Positions 50,447-64,000 of a stretch of 64,000 nucleotides of DNA are shown in pieces. Position 1 is the stretch's first letter. Each line of letters begins with the position of its first letter. This stretch comes from Salpingoeca rosetta (taxonomy: Eukaryota; Protista; Choanoflagellata): the NCBI GenBank assembly GCA_033442325.1, contig JAWQFM010000019.1, positions 479,357 through 543,356 on the forward strand. Reading direction: 5' to 3'. The notes below the pieces were generated by a model. It was given only the letters and a program-made list of their open reading frames with translations. It made no database searches and was not told the origin of the DNA. The position numbers and the translations under genes are program-made.

Positions 50447-50930
50447 CTTGGTGTTGAGGCGGACGAGTGCAAATGTGGAAGGGGGAGGGGAAGTCTGTGT
50501 GCCGTTCTGCATAATGCATGCGAGGAAGCGAAGGGGGAGGGGAGAGGGGAGGTGTGAGAATGGGGATGTGAAACTGCCATCGAGCGACGCTGTGTATGTA
50601 TGTGTGTGTGTGTGTGTGTCTGTGTGTGTGTGTCTGTCTGTCTGTTTGTGTGTGTGAACGAGGGAGGGGTAGCTGTGCATCACAGCGTGCATGCAAGCAA
50701 CCCAGGAAGCGACCCAGGAAGCGCCGATGTACACAGACCTTGATGAGACGCTTGGAGAGGGCACTGTGTGCTCATGTGCTGTTAGTTCGCGAGTTGATCT
50801 ACAAGAAGGGAGTGTGTGCGTGGGGATGTGTGCGTGATGAGGCACGGATGAGGAAGAATGGTTGTCAAGGGGGGGGGGGGGTGATTTCGTCACACAAGTG
50901 GATCAGCGGTGTATGCTGTGCATGGCACAT

Positions 50931-50971
<41 letters not shown>

Positions 50972-53867
50972 CACACACACATGCACACACACATGCACAC
51001 ACACACACACACACGACGTGCATGTATTTCATGTACAATCAGTCACCAAGGCCATCCAGCCAAACCATGCACCGACAAGTCAAATGGACTGGTGGAGAAG
51101 AATATATGGATGGGGGGGGGCGCAATGCATTGCATGTGTGCGCCACTCAAGACCATCACTCACCAAGACCAAGATCGTCCGCTGGTGCAGCGACAGCCGC
51201 TGAATGGTTGGCAAGATGAGGGGTGGAGCGAAGAAGCAATGTGCCGAGACACGCAACAAGCTTGAGTGCATGAGTTGATGCCTCTGGTCGGTGGTGGGGA
51301 GGGCTGTCGTGGAGGGGGAAATGCGCTTCGTTGTTTGAGACGAGATCACAGAGTCACCGTGAGTCAGGTGAACGAGTCAGGATGTTGCTGTGGGGCGAGG
51401 GCAACGGCGTGATGCTTGGGATCAGGGATAGGGATGAAAGCGATGATCGCCCGGCCCGCGCATGTGAGGCGCGGGGCTGCTGGGTTTGTGTGTTGGACTG
51501 CAATGTTTACCTACCAAGCCACACACGCAGTTGTGAGAGTAGCTGCGGTGCAGGCAACGACGTTGCTGCTGCTGCTGCTGCTGCTGCAATGGAGCAAAAC
51601 GGTTGCACGGTTGCACTTGTGCTTGCGCTTGGCACTTGGCACTTGTTGCGAGCTTCACTTGAATATATAAGTGGTGGGCTGGGGTGGTTGGTGTGCTGAA
51701 TTGCTCGAACGTTGATGGTGATCCTGGGTGATGTAGCGGCTGTTGTGGTGGCCAACGTAACGTAAACGTTGATGTGTGTCACTCACCAGGACGGCGACTG
51801 CTTGCAGGAACAACTCGTGAAGCAAGAGGTGAGGGCACAGCAGCCTCGACTCATGCAGAGATCGTGCAGCCGGACCAAACACAGGCCACGATTCAGGAGA
51901 CGATCGACTGCGCCCCAAAGAAAGAGTGATGGTGTGCAGAGCAGCGGCAATGGAGCGGGGGATGCGTCGAAGTGAATGGGTGGTGGAGGCACGCGGTAAG
52001 GCTGGGCTGTGTGGCGTGCAAGGGGATTGGTGTGGAGATCAAGCAACGACAAGCACGGAAGCAAGCAAGGGCGATGAAGGGGCAAGCAAGGCAAGCCAGC
52101 GAGCAGAATCAAGGGAGCGATAGCCCCACCCCACACATGCACCCACACATGCATCAGCGCACACTCACACACGAACATACCGGTGAAGGATGGTGGCGTG
52201 GAAAAATGCGGGCGAGGAGCAAGGCGCAAGCCCCTTTCGCGCGTGGATTGGTCGATTGGCCGTCACACCCCCCTCCTCGTGTGTTGCGTGGGTTGTGCGA
52301 GTGTTTGGGGTGTTTGGGTGCTGAAGCCAGCCGGGGAACCACCGTGCACGAAGAAGTAAGAACAGCAAGGAGGCAGTGGCGTGGCCATCATCATCACTGT
52401 TTTTTGGTTTTGAAACCGCGACAGCAACCAGCAAAGATCCACAGAAAAGGCCAGCAAGCGGACAGGCCGTGTTTGGTTGCGGGTTGTGGTATGCAACGCG
52501 AACGAGCCATCGCAACCACCTTGCGTAGTGTGACATGCCCGATGGACAGGTGGGGAGAGCGCGAAAGTGGTGGAGCGGGAGAGGAGACGGCCAACGAAGC
52601 ACGCAAAGATCAAACGCGCTCATGTAAAACAGCGTGCACATCCTTGCTTCGTTGCACGCCGAACCTGCCTGCGTGCAGGCAGCGAGAGCAAGCAAGCGGC
52701 AAGAAAGCGTGTTCAGCGTGGGAACGCAAACGACGAATGAAGCCGTGAGTGCAGCAAGCGGAAAGCAGCAGCAGCCAGCCAGCAGATTGGCAAAACCTTC
52801 GCCGTTGCATCCATCGTTGCATCGTGGTCGTTGCTTCATTCATCGTTGATCGACAAGCGCTTGTGCTGGGTGGGGGTTGCGCAGAAACGCACCCACGCAG
52901 CCAACACACCCGCAATCACATTGTGTGCGACCATGAGGCAAGCAACGATCTGCATCGGGACATTGGGTGTTTCGGAAGTGGCTCGAAGGCATGTGCGGGT
53001 TGTCCTGGTGTGTCCCGCTCGCGAACCCGCGGCTGCAAATGGGCGGACAGGCATGAAACCTCGTGGCCACGAGCACGTTCGACAGAGTTAAAACAAAGAG
53101 GTGAGGCGTGTGCAAAGAGGGGCGTTCGATACGTCGAATGCCCCGTCCAATCGCGGCAGCTTTTGCAAGGAAGGGTCATTGCAGGCAATCGCGTTCGCGG
53201 GTCATCGAGACTTTCAACGACAACGCGGCGTCCCGGTTTTGTTTTGTTTGGTTTTGTTTTGTTTGTTTGCATGCGTGTGTAGGTGTGTGTGTGGTCGCGT
53301 TCGGTTCTTTGACCCGCGCGAGTTCAAACGCTGACTCGATCTCGAGCAAGTGATGCAAGGTTGCATCAGGCAGAATGAAATCGTGATTGAAGGTCTTTGG
53401 GAGCGTTGTGACTCGCGAGGAAGAGTGGCGGTTAGCGACAGTATGAAGTGTAGTGGAGTGCGACTGACTTCAGGTTTTGACGATGAGTCAGCCACAGTTC
53501 GCATGAGTCATGTGCCAGTGACACTTCACACACTCGGATGGATAGATGGATGGATGATGTACGACACTCGACGAGGATGGATAGGATGGATGGATGACTC
53601 GACTACTCGATGACTGGATGAAACAACCACAACCTAGTCACAGTCGCACAGGGCCTGTAGGCCTGTGCCCATCCCATGCAAGATCGAAGCAAATCTTGCA
53701 GCACTGCAACGAGGATGACGTTCATTTTCCAACCTTCCCTTCCGTCCTTCAGATCTGATCCTTCCAATTCCAAGCACAAGCCTACAAGCCTTCAACAAGA
53801 AGACCCCGTCAAGTCAAGTAGTCAAGTCCATCCGGGTTCCACACGACGACAACAGGACAACTGCAAC

Positions 53868-55370
53868 ATGGGAAGCTCTTCTTCTTCTTCTTCTTCGACT
53901 AGACAACCAAGAAAACCTGACGGTCTTGGAAGCCTTCGTCAATTTCATGACTGGCGTGTCACGGACAAGCGCACGTACTACAACGATCTGAACTCGGGAG
54001 GGGCATGGACTGGGTACGTGTTCGGAGCCATCTTCACGCTCGGCATCAGCACGGCATGCGTTTCCCAGCCACACCACTGGTTTTACGTCTTCGAGATTGA
54101 AAGACGTGTGGCCCAGCACGGACAACAGCGCTTGGAGACGAAATACGTTGCCGTCGGGTTCAACGTCGGCGACAACATCGAGGTGTTCATTCGCAACTCC
54201 AAACAAGAGGCAATCAAGAATGGCATCAGCACTATGGATGGGAGGCCCGCATCGGCATATCAGTTCAACCACGCGACCATGAACTGTACAGTGAAGCACC
54301 TGCACGACGTGCTGTACACGAAACGGAACAAGACCTACGGTCCTTTCAAATACAATTGCCAACACTTTGTCCGGGAGGTCGATCAGCTGCTTCAGAGAGT
54401 GATCGGCAAAGGCTCTTCATCAAAGGCACCGAAGCCTGCTGCACAGCGCCCACCCCCTCACGTTCATGCAGACGCCGCAAAACCCCATCCTTTCCAGCGA
54501 TACCTCGAGAAAGCTGGCGTGCCTGGAAAGGTTTCCGACTACTACAACATCTGCATCATTGGCGCGCAAAACAGCGGCAAAACCACCTTGAGGTACGGTC
54601 TAACGACTGCCTTTCACCTGATTGAGTCGGGAGGATGGGCTCTTCCATCGCACGCGGCGCAGAAACAGGGCAGCACAGTCGGAACGTCAGACCAAGAGCG
54701 TGCGGCTCAGCTCTTTGATCCATTGCTGAAGGAATGGAAAGCCCACATCAAGAAGGCAAAGCGCGAAGGGGGGCGTGACGCCGTTACAAATGACGATGAC
54801 AGACGTGACCCCACCCCATACAAGGTCTCCGACACTGTCATTGTCTGGGACACCAGAGGCTGGGACTGCATTGCAAGCTCGGCAGAGAAGGTCATTCGAG
54901 ACTATGGGCTTCGCTCCATGTCATCAGTGGTTGTGCTGACCCTCAACCAGAACAAGGCCACACGAGAACTTGTGCACTCTCTCAAGGCGGCGTCTGTGCA
55001 CTTCTTGCTGGCCTTGACCAAGATTGACAACGCGCTGAAGGACGACCAGCTTGACGATGACGACGTTGTGCTGACACGGCAAGAGCTGAACGAGGAAGTT
55101 TCGGCCATGTTGGAGAAGGCCAATCGCAGCATATTTGAGCTTCAGCTTCAAGACGGAGAGCAGCTCAGCGACAAGCTGATGGCGGTCAACCTCAAAGGCA
55201 CCATGACATGCGTGCCAGAAAAAGTCACAAGCGCCAACGTGGGTTCCCTTGCCTTTGGCACCCCTCGACTCCTCATTGGGATCCTGAAGCAACTGTTTGA
55301 AACGCACCCACGGGAAGCCTCGAAAGCAGTGGTTTCAAACCTCACATCAGCCATGCGAGCCCTGCAGTAA
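53868..55370 (+). CDS. Putatively N-myristoylated permuted papain-like (LRAT/PPPDE/NlpC-P60) domain fused to an IRG/IIGP-like P-loop GTPase; intronless, 500 aa; may splice onto the downstream arrestin
   Basis: MGSSSS start; HHWFYVF (54072) and YxxxxYNCQHF (54351) permuted His/Cys dyad; G1 GAQNSGKT (54561), PTPY..VIVWDTRG G3 (54849), LTKID G4 (55017). Confidence 0.75.
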   Translation: MGSSSSSSSSTRQPRKPDGLGSLRQFHDWRVTDKRTYYNDLNSGGAWTGYVFGAIFTLGISTACVSQPHHWFYVFEIERRVAQHGQQRLETKYVAVGFNVGDNIEVFIRNSKQEAIKNGISTMDGRPASAYQFNHATMNCTVKHLHDVLYTKRNKTYGPFKYNCQHFVREVDQLLQRVIGKGSSSKAPKPAAQRPPPHVHADAAKPHPFQRYLEKAGVPGKVSDYYNICIIGAQNSGKTTLRYGLTTAFHLIESGGWALPSHAAQKQGSTVGTSDQERAAQLFDPLLKEWKAHIKKAKREGGRDAVTNDDDRRDPTPYKVSDTVIVWDTRGWDCIASSAEKVIRDYGLRSMSSVVVLTLNQNKATRELVHSLKAASVHFLLALTKIDNALKDDQLDDDDVVLTRQELNEEVSAMLEKANRSIFELQLQDGEQLSDKLMAVNLKGTMTCVPEKVTSANVGSLAFGTPRLLIGILKQLFETHPREASKAVVSNLTSAMRALQ

Positions 55371-55566
55371 TGCCCTGCATGCAGCTGTGCACGACCCTGA
55401 AGGACGCGTCCAAGCTTCCAGTCTTCTTCTTGCACCGTCGTGCGACATTCCTTGTTTCCTTTCTCATCCACGTTCTCAGAATCTGTCAATGTTGCCTGTT
55501 TGGTTGCCTGTTCTCTGTTTGACTTCCTTTGCTGCACCCATCATAGACGTTCTTCATGTTCTGCTT

Positions 55567-55651
<85 letters not shown>

Positions 55652-55839
55652 TAGAGAGAGTGTGTGCGTCTGTGAGCGTGTGTGTGTGTGTGTTTGTGTG
55701 TGTGAGCGCAACGCATCTGCTCGGCTGCTTGTTGATGCTGTTTGATTCCACCTCGTATCTCCGCTCTTCACCTCTTCTTTCGCCGCTGCTCTCTCCTTGC
55801 CATCGCCTCACACTCTTGCACTGCCAACGCGGCTTGCAG

Positions 55840-59636
<3,797 letters not shown>

Positions 59637-59829
59637 ATCGCTGTCAACTGCCTCGTGGCTGGCGGCATGTCTGCAAACTGAGCATCATTACCATGTGTGG
59701 CGTGTCCCGGCATCGCTGTTTGCGTGTCTTTTGTTTTGTTGCTTGCTTTTGTTTTGTAATTGCAATGCATGATCTACCTGTGTCTTGACGCCGTTGCGTC
59801 GTCTTCAGCTTCTCGTTTGCTTCTTCACC

Positions 59830-59941
<112 letters not shown>

Positions 59942-60143
59942 ACAAACGTCAATTCATTAAACGACAGCACAAAGTGTATTTTCAACAATTTTCGTCCAAG
60001 CTGTGGTGGTGTTTGTTTGGAAGCAGCAGCAGATACGTGGGGTGTGGTGCGTCCTCTTCTTCCTTGTCTCTCCTCTTCTCCTGGCCGTGCCCTCCCTCGC
60101 ACTCGTTCCTGTTCCCTCAAGTCAAGCAAACAACTCAGGCAGC

Positions 60144-60391
60144 ATGGAGCTTTATCAAAACATTGACGCGCCACCCGCTGGCGGTGAGGTTTTTGTGTTT
60201 GCTTTGAGATTGGGAAGGAGTGGTTCACTGAGTCATGTGACATAAGGACTGTGCTTTTTGTTGTTGCGTTGTTTGTGTTGTGTTGCAACTCACACTGTGG
60301 CCTTTGCTCTTCTTCCTTCCTCCTTTTCTCCTCTGCCTCGCGTTCTGCCATTCACCCCGCTTCCCATATGCACACCCACACACCCACGCAC

Positions 60392-60461
<70 letters not shown>

Positions 60462-61979
60462 GCACGCACGCACGCACCTCAACGTGTAGACTTTCCGTGG
60501 ATGCATGGCCCGATTGGGCGAACCGAGGTGCAGCAGCTGATGGCGCAAAATGGCAACCAGGAAGGCCTGTACCTTGTCCGCGAATCCTCCCGTGCGCCCG
60601 GCAGCTACGTCCTCTCCTGCATTGCCCAAGGCACCCTCCAACACTACATCATCCAGGTGCGCAGCATGTGCATGCGTGTCTGCTTTGTGTGTGTGTGTGT
60701 GTGCTTTGTGTGTGTGTGTGTGTGTGTGCTTTGTGTGTGTGTGTGTGTGCTTTGTGTTTGTGAATCTGCTTTATGTTTGTGTGTGCGAGTGTGTGTTCCT
60801 CGTCATGCCTCCTGTCGTGTTGGCTCCTCGTCAACGAGTTGCCGCTGCATCGATGCACACTGCCACCTCGCGGCACGTGACCAAACCACACCCTTGCTGT
60901 TCCACGTTGCATCGCAGGATGAAGGCGGGGTGTACCGGATTGATGATGGCCCGCCATTCAGCACGCTGGACGAGCTTGTCAACCACTACCACAAGGCCGA
61001 CGACCGCTTCCCCACCATCCTCACGACATATTGTCCAAAGCCCGGCGCCCAGATCCCTCAGCCCGCCACATATGAGGTGCCTTGGTGGCTGTGATTCGCC
61101 CTGTTTGCTTCTGTCTTCCTGGCATTCACCACCGCGTTCACGTGTGTGTGTGTGTGTGTGTATGTACTGGACATGAACAGTGGCTGCTGTGCCCTGTCAC
61201 CTCACCTCCTCTACTTTCAACGCACACACGCACGCACACACACATGCGCGCTAGAACATGTGGAACGCACAACACACCGTGCAGGCAACGATGGCGACAG
61301 CGACGCCAATGGCACAGCAGCCGGCCGTGGCGTGAGTGTTGTTCCCATCACACTGCAGTTGAACTGCTAGCCTGGGCACTTATTTGTCCTTGAAACTGTT
61401 ACCCTCTGTTGCTTCTGTTGTTCATAGCGTCTGTTTGCATTTGCATCTCTTCTCTTCTCCCCACCCCTCATCACTACTCACCATCTGCATCGCCTTTGCT
61501 CTTGCAGACAAGCAACCCAGCAGATGCAATCCATGTCCATCCAGGTAGGCGCGCGCGGTGTGTGTGTATGTGTGTGTATGCATCATGTGTGTGTGTGCGT
61601 GCGTCATATGCAGCACACCATAACCTCGCTTAACGCGGCTTTGTTCCAATTCGCACCTCACATCTCACTCCCCCACTTTTCCCCTTCAAACTGCAGCAGC
61701 CACAGGTCTCGACGGAGCCAGGCGTTGCCTACGCCACCAGCCTCGACGCACGTGAGTGGCCATGTGTAACGTACGTGTGTCTGTCTGTGCTGCATGGTGC
61801 ATTCAATAGTCGTCACCATCATCATCACTCACCGCTGGCATCACCATTGACATCTTGTGCGTGCACTTCCTATCGTCCGCTCATTCTGCGCAGAGTCAGC
61901 CGTGTCCAAGACAGGTGAGGTGGAGGTGGTGATGACCAAGGCAAAGCATCAACACGACGGTGGCCATGGGCTAAATCAA

Positions 61980-62022
<43 letters not shown>

Positions 62023-62048
62023 TACACACACACGCACGCACGCACACA

Positions 62049-62093
<45 letters not shown>

Positions 62094-62560
62094 GTAGCCT
62101 CCTTGTTGTTGACGTAGCCTCCTTCTGTCTTGCCTGCATGCATTCACAGCCACAATGACACCGGGCGGTGCTGCTAACAAGACGGGCACATTTGACAAGG
62201 CTGCCACCCTCACCAGCACCCGTGACGTGCGTACTGTGCTCTGTGCATGTGCATGTGTGTGTGTGTGTGTGCGAAAGCATGCGTGAAGCAACGCTGTTGT
62301 TTGTTGCTGTTGCGGGTTCATTCCCCTCGCCCCCTGTTAACGGACGCCATCACACACCAATCATCCAACCAACCGTTTCACGACGGGTGTCGACACGGCT
62401 GTCTGTGCAGTTTAAGAAGGCGAAGAGCGTGCAATCGTGGATCCAGAAGGGCGAGGAGGTCATGAAGCAGGAGGTCAAGGTCACAGAGACACTCAAGCGC
62501 AAGGACCTCGACGTGAGTGAACAAACGCTTCCAATACATGCCACCTTTTGCACAGCGTGC

Positions 62561-62596
<36 letters not shown>

Positions 62597-62600
62597 TTGC

Positions 62601-62649
<49 letters not shown>

Positions 62650-63265
62650 GCTGTTGTTGTTGTTGCTGTTGTTGCTGTTGTTGTTGTTGTTGTTGCTGTT
62701 GTTGTTGTTGCTGTTGTGGCTGTTGCTGTTATTGCTGTTGCTGTGTTCGCGCAGCTGTGGTGCCTTGTTCCCTGAACTCCCGGCCCGACCCATGACCGCC
62801 ATCATCAACCACCAACCACCCATCATCAATCACCAACCGTCAGGGGTTGTCGCACTCTGGTACGGAGGGAGCAGACGCACACTTCAACAAGTTTGACCGC
62901 GCCGCCCGCGCCGAGGAGAAGGTGATGTGATGATGTGATGATGTGATGATGCAATCATGTGATGGGGTGTCGTGTGATTGGGTGTCGTGATTGAATGATG
63001 CGGGAAAGTGTGGAGAAGAGCAGTGTTGGTGGCGGTTGACGAAGAGGCAATGCATGGTGAACAGCCGTGGTGTTGTTACGGGTACCCGTTCTCACACAAA
63101 CCATGTTCCTTTGCGGCCTTGCCTCCATGTCCATGTCCATGTCAATGTGGTGCACAGATGTATCTGCTGTGGATGAACAACCACCTCAAGGCCTCTGGCA
63201 AGAGCATTGAGGATCTGGGGCCCTCGCTCAAGAACGGCGTGCTCGGTGCGCAGCAGTGACACTGC

Positions 63266-63352
<87 letters not shown>

Positions 63353-63701
63353 CGTGTGTGTGTGCGTGTGTGTGTGTATGTGTGTGTGCGCGCGTGCGTC
63401 TGTGGGTGTCTGTGCGTGTGTGCGCGTGCGTCTGTGTGTGTGTGTACCTGGCGACACGCAATTTCTGTTGCCTCTTTAACTGCACAGCTCCTTCTCACCA
63501 TCTTCCCACCACACACAACAACACCACCCCGTCAATCCCTCTTCGTGCGCTTGCATGTGCAGTGATGCAAGTTCTGACGAAGATTGCGATGCTCCCGCCC
63601 CTGAAATACGCGAAGCGCCCGCTTGTTGTGCAGCAGGAGCGCGACAACTGGCACGTCATCATCCGATACATGAGGTGCCGTCACCGCTCTGCCCCTCTCT
63701 G

Positions 63702-63751
<50 letters not shown>

Positions 63752-64000
63752 CTCATTCCCCTCCACTCGGGTCGCGTGCATCACCTCAAACCCCCCCCTT
63801 CCCCTTCATCCCTGCATCGCCGCGTGTCCCATCAACAGGAAGCTCGGGATCCAGGTCGACCCCCTGCCCCAGCCCGGCGGCGAAGCAGCAGCACTCGACC
63901 CAGACGGTGATACGGATGCTGATGCTGGCAGTGGCGGTGGCGGTGGCGGTGGTGGTGGTGGTGGATAAACACATCGGACGTTGTTTTTTTTTTTTTTTCT
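60144..64000 (+). CDS. SH2 domain plus calponin-homology (CH) domain adaptor; probably continues beyond the window
   Basis: MELYQNIDAPPAG|DFPWMHGPIGRTEVQQLM..EGLYLVRES..GSYVLS..HYII|..GPPFSTLDELVNHY (SH2). Later exons AEEK|MYLLWMNNHLKASGKSIEDLGPSLKNGVL|VMQVLTKI..ERDNWHVIIRYMR|KLGIQV are CH-like. Confidence 0.8.

Noticed and set aside
50780-50815. VRELIYKKG resembling arrestin RVFKK
   Set aside because: Too short, 5 kb away, and overlapping the 5' region of a minus-strand gene.
53676-53867. Upstream in-frame ATG extending the peptidase-GTPase ORF to 564 aa
   Set aside because: The extension is featureless, and ATG 53868 (caacATGG, MGSSSS) is a better start, although not proven.

Overview
Intron-rich eukaryotic genomic DNA with (CA)n/(TG)n/(GA)n microsatellites in nearly every intron and nine N-gaps. 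Style and gene content suggest a choanoflagellate such as Salpingoeca rosetta (inference). I assembled genes manually from exon fragments and recognised families from memory, without database searches. In order: a Zn-ribbon SDR oxidoreductase (-, runs off the left edge), a CENP-P-like kinetochore protein (-), AMMECR1 (+), heme-type cystathionine beta-synthase (-), mitochondrial processing peptidase beta (+), an intronless Asteroid/ASTE1 PIN nuclease (-), a coiled-coil unknown (-) whose 3' end is tandemly duplicated, NELF-B (-), RNase H2A (-), a GAP1-family RasGAP (+), a Q/H-rich unknown (-), a peptidase-GTPase ORF (+), a beta-arrestin-like gene (+) and an SH2-calponin-homology protein (+, runs off the right edge). 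The most interesting locus is 53868-59636. It begins with an intronless, microsatellite-free ORF encoding a putatively myristoylated permuted-papain (LRAT/PPPDE-like) domain joined to an IRG-like GTPase. The ORF's stop codon overlaps a phase-2 GT that would splice in frame onto an arrestin whose own N-terminal exons I cannot find. This is a candidate peptidase-GTPase-arrestin chimera.
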